Source of the DNA: an uncultured delta proteobacterium
Lineage (GTDB): Bacteria > Desulfobacterota > Binatia > UBA9968
Direction: 5' to 3'
Assembly (NCBI GenBank): GCA_963727625.1
Contig: CAVSHR010000012.1
Location: 256,001 to 320,000 of the forward strand
DNA: 64,000 nucleotides
Shown here: piece by piece, positions 41,352-52,876 of the stretch
Position numbering within the stretch: position 1 is the stretch's first letter
Layout: each line of letters begins with the position of its first letter
Translations under genes and position numbers: made by a program
The notes under the pieces: model-generated
Seen by the model: only the letters and a program-made list of their open reading frames with translations
Told to the model about the DNA's origin: nothing
Databases searched by the model: none

Positions 41352-43336
41352 GCCTCTTTTGTTCTTTTCCAAAGCTCCAAAAGCAACAATGCCGCTCCGT
41401 CGAAGGCGACGATATATCTCCCCGCCTCAAAGACCGCTAACCGCCAATCCAACTGGGATTCGACCTCCACCTTCGGCACGACCGTGAAGATATGATTTTC
41501 CCGTGCCATGAGATCCGAAACGGGTGTTGACTCACCGTCCTGGTAGAGTCGCAACTGTGGCCACTTCTGTGTCTCGTGGATCATGCCGCAGTCGTCGTCA
41601 CTGAATATCTCGCTGGCATGCACCCGGCGGTACTTTCCGATCCCCTTGATTGTCAGCATATCCAACTTATTGTTCCAAGTGAGTTCCACGGCACGCTTCA
41701 GGAGCGTGGCCAGGTCAATGTCATATTCGCCCAGATTCCATTCCTTGCGCCGGCGCTGCTCCATGAAGTCATGAATCCTGATACTTGGTAGCGATGTCCG
41801 GAAGCGGTTCAGCCGGCGGTACACATCAAGCCAGTGGGCGCTTTTCTTCCCAGCCGCACACCGCTCAAACGCGCCTTTGGCCTGTAAGTTCTTATCCGGA
41901 CATCCGACGCGCTCCGCAAAGTCGGCCAGAATAGCATCGATCTTCTCGCGCAGCTTGGAAATTAATTCCGGTTTCACGTTTCGGTCTTTCTGAACTGTTG
42001 CGATCAGATTCTCCCCCTGGGCTCTGACCGTTGTCATGCCACTTTCGGTAGTTACAAACCAAGGGTATGCACTTGCCGAAGGGTACCAGGCATAGACGCG
42101 CTCCTCGAAAGTGGCTCGATCAATCGCGGCCGGCAAAGTACTCATCCCCTGAAAGGCGTTGGGTGGGACCAGAACAATCGCCTTTCCTGGCCCATGACGA
42201 CCCACGCGGCCGAACCGCTGGAGGAACGAAGCCGCTTCCAAAGCCTCGAAGAAAAGATAATCGCAGCGAAAGTCCACCCCCACCTCGATGGCTGAGGTTC
42301 CGAGCGCCAAGAGTTTGCCTCTGGTGTCCCTTATAGCCCGGTGCGGAGCCCTCTGATGATCGCCAGCGAGTTCCGGGTAAAACCCGACTCCACCAGCCGA
42401 TCTTCCAGACGGATGGCGTTCAGAACCGAATTAACGATAACCACCGCCGGCAGGTAGTCCTCATCAGGGATGTCGCTACGCAACCTTTCGAGTTCAGGCC
42501 TAAGATCGACAATTAGAGAAAGGAGAATTTCAATCGGGTCCCCACCCGTAAGTTGGATCGGCTCGACCTCGACGGAATGGACCGCCGTGCGCGAGCACCC
42601 AGATGCAGAATACGTTTCGATATGCGAGTCAATTACCGTCGGACTGCTCGCCCGGTCCAACAGTAAGCGGACTTGCGGATGCGGTGTCGCGGAGAGCAAA
42701 ACTAACCGCCGGAAGATCCCAAACCCGCGGGCAAGTGCAACCATAGCAAGGGCATGGGCCAGCTCTACGCCCTGATAAAGGTGGAACTCATCCAGAATCA
42801 ACGTCTCGTAGCGCCTCAGCGCCTCAAAGGGCTCGGCGTGATACCGAAGCCCCAGGATAAGAAACAAAATATCGGGATTGGTAAAGATGATCTTGGGCTT
42901 GTCCGGATCGAAAAGCCGTCGCAACGTTTCACCCCGACTTTTGCAGTGCATCACATCCTGCCATTGATCCAGAAGGTTGCCGTCCACAGGAATCAGGACG
43001 TGATCTGCGCGGCTGTATAGCTCGGCTCGATCAGAGGCATGCCACATTTCCGGCAGCCACACGAGCGGCTCGATTCCGTCTTCCATCGCAAACTTCGCCA
43101 CAGCTCGCACCTGATCCCTCAAAAGCTCATTAGTGGGATATACCCCTACCGCCCCCTCGCGCCGCTTCAGTACCGGCAACATCGCCGCCCGCGTCTTGCC
43201 GGTTCCCGTCTTCGCCGCCAGCAATATTGTTGGGATGCTTCTCCCATCCCTCCCACATCGCCACTTGGTGCGGATAGAGTGGCGAATGCGACGCCGGATG
43301 ATCGATCAAGGCAAGGCGAAGGTCACTCACTCGCAT
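41336..43336 (-). CDS. cas3: Type I-D Cas3' helicase (no HD domain), two frameshifts
   Basis: LYPHQ, AKTGTGKT, YPTNEL..DQ, LDEFH, LLSATP, GTSAIEVGVDF, QRFGRVGR. Confidence 0.9.
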
Positions 43337-43355
43337 TGGACAAACTCGCTCAATC

Positions 43356-44190
43356 TTACGAAATAGAAACGGTCACTTTACCGCCTCCAAGACTTTTCTG
43401 GCCTCCCAAAACTTCGACTTTATTCAAGGCGGTGCGAGAACCTCGTTCAGCAGAAAGAGCTGCCGTTTCGCATCATCAGGTTCCGTCCAATACTTGAGCC
43501 AAACGTCCACCTCAACCCCACCAATGGTCCGACATCGACCGAATGCCGCGCCTTGACGCTCCTGAAATATCAGGAGTTCGCCGCTGAAGACTGATCCTGG
43601 TTTCACTTGTTCCCCTGTAACAATGGCGCCTGGCGCTGCCGTCTGAGATTTACAATTATGCGAATCCGCGTCTGGTCAATGCGCCACTCACCGGGTAAGG
43701 GAAACAAGTTCGGAATGCGCAAATAACCTTCCAGACCTGTCGCTCCAAAAAAGTATGACGGTGGACATAGACCATTTTGTGAAACTTGGACTTTGTCATC
43801 CTCAACCCTAATCTCTGAATGTTCACGTCGGTAGCCTTTGGTAAAAAGATCCTGTTCTGCCTTCGAAGGACGTGGAGCCGGGATTGACGGCTTGAGTAAG
43901 TCGGTTTGATTGCCGATTAGTCCAAGGCTACCCGTCAAAACATCCTTCTTCTGAATAAAAAGTTGCTCCACCTGTTGCCGAAACGCACCTTTAAAAGATG
44001 ACGCAGGTATCACAGGCTGACCGTCTACGGTGAAAACCGGCTGTTTTTTCTCCGTCAGAGGAGAGGGTGTCCCTCCGACATGTAAAAAGGACCCATCGGC
44101 TACAACAATCTTAAGTGGTAAAAGAAAGACTTTCTGGTTACCCAATTCCTTGACATCTGGCAAGCTTGTTAACTTTTCGATGGCTGCCAT
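43356..44190 (-). CDS. Csm3/Cas7-group RAMP (type III-like), frameshifted
   Basis: FLHVGG, PVIPASSFKGAFR, C.P..FFG, TRIRI, PGSVFSG and terminal LGGQKSLGGGKV G-rich loop. Confidence 0.85.
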
Positions 44191-44759
44191 TTTAGCACCT
44201 CCACAATTTGGGTGAGTGAATCGAGCTTACGCACGAAGAAGGCAATTTCGAGGAAATCTACGTGTTGTTCATAGAGTCCTTGAACGACTTGAAACAATGA
44301 CGTATGAGCTTGACGGTCTCGGTCGTTCTTCTCTTTGTGAATTTTGTAAAGAAAGAACTGCTCGACAGTGGTTCGATTGTGTCCCTCGATAACCCTTCCA
44401 TAGTCATCAAGTTCGTTCTTTGAGAGGTTGGAAAGGAGCGGACCGAAATTATTCAGCTGATCCACAAGGTTTCGGACTAATGGAGACTCGTTGTTAACAT
44501 GCGTCTTCAACCCCAAGAGCACTCGTTTGGCATCTTCCCAATGTCTTTTCTTCGTGTTGTCTCGCTCGCTATTGATACGAATAGCTATCGTCTTTTCTGC
44601 GGAATCTAAGATCGCGAAAGCCATAGCCTTATCATTCCGTCGTAAAGCTTCACGGAACTCCGACCACTTCTCCTTGTTTACGAGTTCTTGTGGCATCCAA
44701 AAGATCCGTCGGTCATTGAGTACCCGCCGAATTGCCGCCTCAAGGGGGTTAGCGGTCAT
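44169..44759 (-). CDS. Alpha-helical putative small subunit (Cas11/Csm2-like)
   Basis: Helical composition; coupled between two RAMP genes; assigned mainly by position. Confidence 0.55.
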   Translation of the reverse strand: MTANPLEAAIRRVLNDRRIFWMPQELVNKEKWSEFREALRRNDKAMAFAILDSAEKTIAIRINSERDNTKKRHWEDAKRVLLGLKTHVNNESPLVRNLVDQLNNFGPLLSNLSKNELDDYGRVIEGHNRTTVEQFFLYKIHKEKNDRDRQAHTSLFQVVQGLYEQHVDFLEIAFFVRKLDSLTQIVEVLKWQPSKS

Positions 44760-45420
44760 AGGTATATTCCTCCCCAATCAAGAAATCCGGGCCGCTCAAA
44801 ATAGTATCAGCGAACAGCGCACGCTCATATCGTCCACCAACGCGGTTTGAGTCCGGTCGGAATAGATAGCTGTAGCAAGGCCGGACTAAATCTTGTGCCA
44901 GGTCGATCCCGAAAGCTGGAGCATCGGTTTCCCGCAGGTGTCCGCGTAGATACCCCACTCGCCGTATTGGCGCGACCTCTTCGACATAGTCAAGCGAGCA
45001 TTGCCCGAATCCCTTTGACCTCAGTGCTCCCAGCGTCACGGACCAGGGACCTTCGCCTAGTGAAAAGACAGTCTTGGCCTCTGGAGTGGCGGCGACATAT
45101 AAGTCCCCTTCGATCTGTGTTCGCCCTGTCGCCGGAATGAGGTGCTCTACGGTTAGTGGTAATTTGGCTGTCAGGAGGCACACATCGAACGGCGCATATG
45201 TGAAAATTTCCTTGCGGTAACTTGCCGGTTGGAAAAAGCCGATAGCGACGGTTTCTTTCAGACCAAAATGTTCATAGAAACAGCCCATTAGAGTCGAAGT
45301 CGGCAAGGTTTCCACACAGGGACGAAACGTTCCTTTTTTAACACGTTCTCCAATCACCACAGCTTGAGTAGTGAGTCGCAGACGGATGAACGTAGGTAAC
45401 GGAGTGCGAGCATTAGGCAT
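44749..45420 (-). CDS. Cas5/Csm4-group RAMP (type III-like)
   Basis: LPTSTLMG, LGALRSKGFGQC G-loop; follows the Cas10-like gene. Confidence 0.75.
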   Translation of the reverse strand: MPNARTPLPTFIRLRLTTQAVVIGERVKKGTFRPCVETLPTSTLMGCFYEHFGLKETVAIGFFQPASYRKEIFTYAPFDVCLLTAKLPLTVEHLIPATGRTQIEGDLYVAATPEAKTVFSLGEGPWSVTLGALRSKGFGQCSLDYVEEVAPIRRVGYLRGHLRETDAPAFGIDLAQDLVRPCYSYLFRPDSNRVGGRYERALFADTILSGPDFLIGEEYTYDR

Positions 45421-47466
45421 GGAGCACTCCACCACGCTGCATATTGGTGCCAACCAGGCGATAAAAGTCTAAGACCTGACGAGGCTGAGTCGGTGAAACA
45501 CCATTAGTTCGTGAATCTGTGGAAAACGCCGTCGTTGTTCCAATGCCTGAACCAGTGCGGTCATCTCTCCGCCCTGCGCTTCGATGTCTGCAAGACGATG
45601 GAGAAAATGACTAAGCCGCTCACCAGTAAGTTTGTTCCTAAGAATCATATAGTGGTCGATAGTTAGGGCCACTTGGCGGATTCCCGGCTGTTGAATGCAG
45701 ATCACAGTACCGGGCTGCTGTAGCTCTAAGAAGAAGCTCCAGTGCTCATGGTAGGGATACTTGGGATTTCCCAAGCTCACGGAGATACGGATCGGACAGT
45801 CCGCGACGCATTCAGGAAAGTGAGACCGTAAAAGCTGGACGAAGCGGTCCAAGACCGCTCCCAGCGTCTCAGAGCTATCTAAACGAATGATTCCCAGTTC
45901 GAGGTATCCTGAGATGGGGAAGAGCAGGGTTTCGCCCAACTTCAGCAGCGAGGTCCCGCCACTGTCCATCAGGTTCTCCAGAAAATGTCTGAACTCTTGG
46001 AGAAACTCCTTATACTCCTTCACGAATTCCATCTCGGCCGCTAAGGGACGGAAGCCATCCTTGAGGTGCTGTTTATCCTCGGGCGTTACGTCGTCCATTC
46101 CCGGGCCTGTGTCTACATAAGCCTCGAAAAGGCGCTGCAGACTAGAGAGCAGAAGTCTTTGATCAAGCGAAACCTTCAGCCATGCCGCCGCAGGGAATCC
46201 CGTCTCTTCCCAGCGAGCATAAGTGCTGGCTGGCTCGCCTAGTAATCGTATCTCTCGACAGGACTCACACAGCCATTCCCTCACCTGATCTTTGAGGAAC
46301 TCCCACCCCTGACGTTGCTGGCACAGGTCGCAGAGTGGAGGCTCAAGTAAGGGCTCCAAGTCCGGAGAAACGGCAATATGCTTCAACTTGAGATACCGTC
46401 CACCATCCGTGGGCTCTCCCGGAAATTTGTTCTGAAGCTGGTTCCGCACCCGCTCACCGGTGCTCGTTAGGAGGTTAAGTTCGGCTTCCAGCTCTTCACA
46501 CTCGATCCAAAAGCCTTTTTCCCATAGGGGGCGTAACACCTCTCGCAGGGCCAGGTGATTCTCTCGGGCAGAAAGAAACAGACGAAATCGTCCGTGTGGA
46601 AAAGAACCGCGTATGGCTGACGCTCGGCGTCACCGTACGTTCGTTGGCCAGTTATGATTTCATCAATTTGCCGGTGCCGCAGTTCCAGGACATTGAGATC
46701 TTGAAGTCGAACAAGAGATTGGGGAAATCGAACAAGACACTTGATGATACGGAAGACCCATTTGCCATGCACTGTTTCTTGCTTTGTGCCAAGTAATCCA
46801 CCAACAGCCTCGCGAAGTGTGGCAACAGACTGTTGATCGTAGACGAGGTAGGGCGTCCCAGTGTCGGCGTGACCCATGGAGATATACTGGTTGACGACAC
46901 GAAAGATCTTTCCCGAGAGTTCTAGATGAACTCGGAGCGGAATGAAATTGCTCGGTGGTGATTTATCTTCTGGTGTGAGACGCAACTCGTGGTGAAAGCG
47001 TGCGAAAAAATCGGACGGTGAGGTGTACTGATCGAAGGACAGCATCATCCCTCTCAAATCATTCGTTGTCTTGAACGCTGCCCAGTTGAGCCCTTTCTGT
47101 TGTTCCTGAGGGAAGAATTGCGGTCGCCAGAGGAGATGTACACCTTCGCCTCTTATTTTCGGCCCTTTCACCTCGATCCGACTAACCGATGCTGCAGTGC
47201 CATCAGCGATCTTCGTTAGAAGGATCAGGGCCTTTTGTTCCGTAGTTGCGGTACATTGCAAGCTATAAAAGGGCTGGTCAGGTTTAAGCTGATCAGACCA
47301 AACAGCCCACCAACTTGAAGCAGATGGTGGTGAAACGCCAAGTGCAGTCGAGTCTATGTCATGGACCGTCTGGCGTTTCGACATTTGGCCAGATGTTCGG
47401 TAGACATTCCACGTCCATCAGCTTACCGATGTCATGAAGCTCAGCGACAAATGGCAAGTCGGTCAT
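45413..47466 (-). CDS. cas10: Compact HD-Cas10-like large subunit with degenerate palm (no GGDD), frameshifted
   Basis: Start at 47466 reads MTDLPFVAELHDIGKL; later IADGTAASVSR, PED....IPLRVHLEL, CDLC...CESC Zn finger, ISVSLGNPKYP. Confidence 0.75.
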
Positions 47467-48245
47467 TAGGCTTTGCTCCTTCGACGTTTAGGCCTCTCTG
47501 GCGCCTCCCATAGCTTTGAGTCGGGTAACTGTCCTGTATCTGTGAACCTTCTCGGGACATGTACCCGGTGCTCACCAGCGAACACGAACCAGTCCTTCTG
47601 GATCTCAGCGACACGAAAGATCAGGTGTGGGGGAATAGGCAGCGGGTCGTACGAGACGATCTCTCCCTGGACGTCTAGCGGGTTAACCGCGTGAGTGGGG
47701 CGAATTACGTGATCGGTAAAGACAGCCACTGCTCCCGTGATCTCCTGCCAGTCGAGGCGGATCGGGCAGCCTTTCTTACCAAGTCTCACGACGGAAGGTG
47801 GCCGGAATGAGCCTCGGGTAAAGAGGTAGAAGCTAAAACCGGGCAGGTCACCAGCGGCCGCACCGTCGTGCCACACAGGATCGAGAACGAGGCGCCATCC
47901 CAGCGCCGGGCTATTGCTCCCGCGGGGAGCGTCGTCAGTTCTAAGAGTGCGTGAGTTAATGGCGTTTTGGGTGAGACGGGTTCGAGCCGATAGCGTTTGC
48001 GGCCGAGCCGGAGTGGCGTAGGCTTGCATGGCATTAAGGTCCTCTGCGTAACGCGGCGTACTCCCTGTATAGATTCCATACGAATAACCGCAGAGTGCGT
48101 AACTCAGGGCGTAGTTGTGAATCAACGGCAGGGTGGCGGCGGTCTTTGAGATCTCAAATGACGAAAACCACAGGTAATCGTGGTTATAAAGACGGCCCGC
48201 GTAGAGCCGAATTCCCTGAGCGCTGAGGTCAACAGTATCGCTCAT
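47466..48245 (-). CDS. csc1: Type I-D Cas5d/Csc1
   Basis: HDYLWFSSFE, IHNYALSYAL, P..VRLGKK, VNPLD, PP. Confidence 0.9.
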   Translation of the reverse strand: MSDTVDLSAQGIRLYAGRLYNHDYLWFSSFEISKTAATLPLIHNYALSYALCGYSYGIYTGSTPRYAEDLNAMQAYATPARPQTLSARTRLTQNAINSRTLRTDDAPRGSNSPALGWRLVLDPVWHDGAAAGDLPGFSFYLFTRGSFRPPSVVRLGKKGCPIRLDWQEITGAVAVFTDHVIRPTHAVNPLDVQGEIVSYDPLPIPPHLIFRVAEIQKDWFVFAGEHRVHVPRRFTDTGQLPDSKLWEAPERPKRRRSKA

Positions 48246-49201
48246 GATGCACTCAAAACTTTCTCCCCTTGGGCTCTACGATACTCGGTAATGTCGTTGT
48301 ATGCCTTGTCGAGGAAAGCCCGATCAAGAGGCGTTTGAGCGCACTCATGGACTAGAGTGTCTACTTCGGCAGGTTCGAGTACCAAAAGGCGATCGGATTC
48401 CCGGCGAGCTCTTTGTATTTTTGCTCTAGAAGCTTCTTCAGAGCTGCGGAGTCCAAACCGTCTTTCTGGTCGTAAAGTTCAAGCGTTAATTCCAGAGGCG
48501 TGATCATTTCCTCCCATCCGGCAATAACACCAAAAAATGTATTCCGGCAGTCGCCGCCGATGCGTGATTCGGCACCATAGCTCTTGCAAGCCAGCAGGGT
48601 TTTCACCGTAAGAACCAATTCTTCTTGCGTTACCCCCTTCAGGGTCACAATGGAAGGAAAAAGGCTTGCGGGTTTGACGACATTTCGACTACCCAACGCC
48701 TGACCGGTTGTCTGGTCCAATTCGCTGACAGCGTTAAAGGTAATCTCTTCCGAGATCTGATCGAATGGAAGGAGAGAGAAGGCGGTCGAATATTCGATCC
48801 TGTGTTTGATGTTCGCTTCTTGGCTAAGCGCGGTCGCGCCGTACAGTCCGCAGCGCGGACACCGGAGACAAAGATTGTCCTTCAGATAGCACCCTTCGCC
48901 GTTCTTTCCGGATGGAATCTCCTTCCCAGTAGCAGCCGTGGCGGACCGAAGCAGGTATTCCATTTCGCGGGATTCGGCGGCTTTCTGTTTGGAGCCAAGA
49001 AAAGCAACCCGCTTCGCTGTCGTACCCCGATCCGCCTCGGAAAGGGGCGTGTTGACAGAATTCAGCTCCGCGTTTCTTCCGTCCTCAGCACGGTATAGTC
49101 GAGGATTCCCATAAGAGAATAAGCTGGACGGTTTCAGCTCCAATCAGCGGCCGTGGCCTGTCGATCAAGTAATTCTTCAGCTTCTCTGCCACAATGGTCA
49201 T
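48242..49201 (-). CDS. csc2: Type I-D Cas7d/Csc2, frameshifted at both ends
   Basis: SKQKAAESR, C.LK..LC..CP.C.LYGA, RIEYSTAFS, FPSIVTL, YGAESR.GG. Confidence 0.9.
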
Positions 49202-49809
49202 TTAGTCCTCCTCGTCAGTAGTGACACCCTGTGACTCCCAGAACACAGTAACGTCCTGCTGCTTCGCCGTAGCCTTCTTGCTCTTCGATCCCTCAGCTTT
49301 CCGCGGAAGGTAAAGGTCATCAAAAGCAACGATTTGCTCCCCCCCCCAGGTCTCCGAAAGCTTCGCCTCGGTATCGTACTTGTTACGAACAAATCCTATC
49401 CATGCCTGGCGTCGCATCTCCTTTGATTCGAGCTCCGTTTACGAAGGTCGTAATAGAGCCCGTAGTCAAGCCGGTCGAGCAGGCGATCATGCGCCGTGAT
49501 GGGAACTTCGGTGAGTAAATTGACTATCCGGTCGATTCCCTCTTCGAGTGCTTGAAGTCCTGCCGGAGTCGGGCCCTGTTGTCGCTTCGTGGACACGGAC
49601 GGCGTAACCTTTGAGAGAGGCGGGATCGCGCCGCCTCTTCACTTCACTCAGGATCTTTCCAACCGGTCCCATAAGGCCATGCTTCGAGCAGTTGACTTCC
49701 GAGGCACTTCATCGAGGTAGCGAGTCAACGCCTCTCGCGCTGAGTCGATTTTGGGTTGGACGGTCTCGATATCAAAAGGCTTGGTCTGGACGGTAATGGG
49801 AACTCTCAC
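49202..49809 (-). CDS. Separately encoded Cas11d-like small subunit, frameshifted
   Basis: AAGGAGG RBS and GTG at 49809 overlapping the cas10d TGA; helical, H.LM.PV..IL, LKGY..R.HE. Confidence 0.6.
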
Positions 49810-52467
49810 GGGCGCACCTCCTTTTCCCGGGCTCTGTGAAAGGCTGGCAACTGCTCGATTAAACTAATCTAACGCGGCGTAAGTGATGTGTCGCCTTTTT
49901 CCTCAATACGACGGGCGAGCTTTTCCGGAGGGTCCATCGTAAGAATCTGATAAAGAGCGGAGCGAGCGGGCAGACCGGTATCTCGCACCAACAGGCTTGC
50001 CGCGCCGATCGCGGAGAGCCAACGTTTTGCCTCACCGATGGGCAGCCAGTCGTAGCCCACAAGAGAGCGGACCGCCGGGATCGGAGGCACGTAGGCTGCC
50101 CCTAGTCCGCCTCGGAAGTCCACTGGTTCATCCGTCTTGTGAATCGCCACAGAGGCGTCAAAGACAAGGCTCAGGAGCAAGGCGACATGGAGCCGCCGCA
50201 GCCCTCGGCTCGTTCCGATTCGTCGTTACCGGACGCGATTTCGTAACTAAGCGGGATGAAGATCAAGTTAGGAGTCTCGCAAATTAGATGTATCGTTTCA
50301 TAGAGGCGGAAGACCTCCCGACGAATCGCCCTGAACTCCTGCTGATTAATTCGATTTGCGATGAGGGCCTCAACAGCATCGTCCCATGTCCCGAAGGATT
50401 GACCAGTAGCAAGATTAAGGGCTTCGAAGTCGTTATCGAACTCCTCTTTAAGCCGTCTCATCGCCTCTCGTCGTCTTTTCTGCTGGGTGTCGGCGGTAAA
50501 CCGGTAACTGAAGAGCGAGAGCAGTTCCTCGGGCTTTAAAGAAAAGGGGTCACGCTCCTTTAAGTGACGGGCTGCTTGATCAGTGAAACCGAGCGAAAAT
50601 CCGAACTCCAGGTTGCCGGTTTCACCTCGCATCTGCCCTTTGGCTGCCTCCACCCATCCCTGGACTTTGCTGACCAACTGCTCCCCTTTCCCTGGCCCCA
50701 GGTTGAGTCGGGGTAAAAGCGTGATCATTTCCGCCGGACGACTCCCGAGAAGTATCTGGAGGAGGAGCCGCTCGTAGTAGCAAGTGACACAGACCATGAT
50801 GTAACCGAAGGAGCCATGCGCTATCCGCGGTTAGTGTGCGTCTGTGGATTCTCGATGAAGTCGGCCGAGGCTTTGATTCCATCATTATGATCGAAAGAAG
50901 CGTTACAGATCGGACACAGGTAAATTCCCTTCGCGCTCTCTTTTCCAGCAAAGGGCTTTGACTCTGTGTAGTGGCTTAGTTGCTGTTGAGCAATAGCTTG
51001 AACATTACCACCGTCTGTGGGCTTGAGGAGATCCTTGGATGAATGCTGTGGCCATGTCCTGAGATAACTTATCTCTCGGCGATGGTCGGTTAATTGCTAA
51101 ATAGACCTTCTGGACGATAGCATCGAGTAGCTCAATCAATACCTGCACGCGAATCTCGTTTGGAAGCTCTGCGACCTTCGTAACTTGAGAGTGGCCTACC
51201 GCCGCACCTGGCAGCGCCCAGAAGTAGTCGATAGTCTTTCGCATGTCCTTGGCTGGCATGATGGTGGATGTGGACTGGAGCGCAGCCCAACTGCCAGACC
51301 CGAAGTTTTCCTCGTAGAGCTTCTTGGCTAGGACAGCGCCATCCTCACCAACAACCTCGACCTTGTCCGGGTCAACATGGCCTTGAAAAACTTGAAGACG
51401 AGCATCTCGGGCTGGGCTACGGAGATACGAGCCGCTTCTTCCTCAACCTGTGCATCCGTGGATTTGGTGGTTCGACCCTGGAGTTTCCAGTAGTCCTCAA
51501 CCACTTTGCGTTTTGCCGGCAGCTTCTTCTTGGCGAAGCTTTGCGGACTGATTTTGCTTGCGGCACTGCGGAGGTACTGCCGGGATTCGCTGAAAGCGAA
51601 GAGATCCGGCTTTGGTAGGATGTTGCCCGTAGGGCTTCGAACCATCAGTGGGGACATATCCCTTCTGATGGCCCGGTCAATTACCATCTTGAGGCTGTCC
51701 CCAATCTCCTCCGCCGTGGGCATATTATGGTGATCGCTGGGGTCGGCTGCATATAAAGTGGCGTTGGAGAAATAGAGGGAGAGGCTTCCACCCTTGTTGC
51801 TGGAAAGTGCTTCGGGCGGCGTGGTGAAGGAATGCCGTCGAGACGCCCCGCACTATGGTTTCGTGAGCTGCTACGATGAGATGTCGACCCAGCGCGGGAT
51901 CATTTTTCAACACGTCCTCGGCATCGGCAACCGTAGCAGCGGAACAGAACTGGTCAATAGCTTTGACCAAATAGGCCAGTGTGAGAAAGCGATCCGACCC
52001 GCCACTAAGCATCGCTTCGAAGATCTCCCCGTCACTTCTTCCTGGCCGGTTGTAGTAGAGTTCACGCAGTGCGCCATGATCCGCTCAACCGCTTCACCTT
52101 GTTTCGAAAATCCTAATGTCGCACAAACCTCCGGTATCACTGCTCTGGTCAACTCGGGAAGAATGTCCGGCACCCAACGGTCCGGCCGGGGGTCCCGGAT
52201 GTAGACCTGCCAAGCGTCAGTTTCTTTACCGATATCGTGGGCGAGCACGGCGATTACCAGGACTGCTTCTTCGTTTTCACTTAGGCTATAGTGTCGCGGG
52301 CTTCCCAGGATCGGCAGAAGCTCAAGGAGAACGTCAAGCTCAATCAGGCTGTGCTCAAAGAGGCTCTGTTCGTAGCCACGGCGCTTGGCGAGTTTCTCTT
52401 TCCAGCCACGCGCCTGCATCCACGCTGCCGCTTTAGTCATGATTTCCTGTCGATCCATTTTCCACAC
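49806..52467 (-). CDS. cas10d: Type I-D large subunit Cas10d/Csc3 with N-terminal HD nuclease, many frameshifts
   Basis: SLFEHSL...LAHDIGK HD motif, AIDQFCS, CPIC...C.TC Zn finger; upstream of csc2/csc1. Confidence 0.8.
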
Positions 52468-52482
52468 CCAAGAAAAGGCTGC

Positions 52483-52866
52483 TTAACGTAAGGACTTTTT
52501 AAACCGGACGGTCTTAGCCGGCTTTGCTGCCACGTTCCAAGTAACCTTCCAGGCGACTTGCAGCTTTATGGAGCCTGGAAAGTTCATCCTTTGTAACTCT
52601 TGCACTCCCTCCTTTAACTTGAACCAGCATAATCGTAAGCTCATCGGGAGATCGGTTGTCGCGCTTGACCGCGACAAGGTCAACGACACCTTTGTATTCG
52701 AAACCCATTCGGCTATCGAAGGAAGCAACTTTCATCCCGCCTTACCAAGAGCATACTTCGCAAACGACTTGGCGTTTCGAGCCGTAGCATGAGCCTTTGC
52801 GCTCGCCCGGCGCCACTTCCTAGTAATCGCCGCTCGTTCTGCCGGCGTCAATCTGATCACTTTCAT
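52483..52866 (-). CDS. Small PD-(D/E)xK nuclease-like protein, frameshifted
   Basis: GVVDLVAVKR...LVQVKG motif; co-oriented directly upstream of cas10d. Confidence 0.55.
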
Positions 52867-52876
52867 GTACCACCCT

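Noticed and set aside
45413-47466. Canonical type III-A/D cOA-signalling system
   Set aside because: No GGDD, only one Cas7-like gene, and no CARF/SAVED effector in the window.
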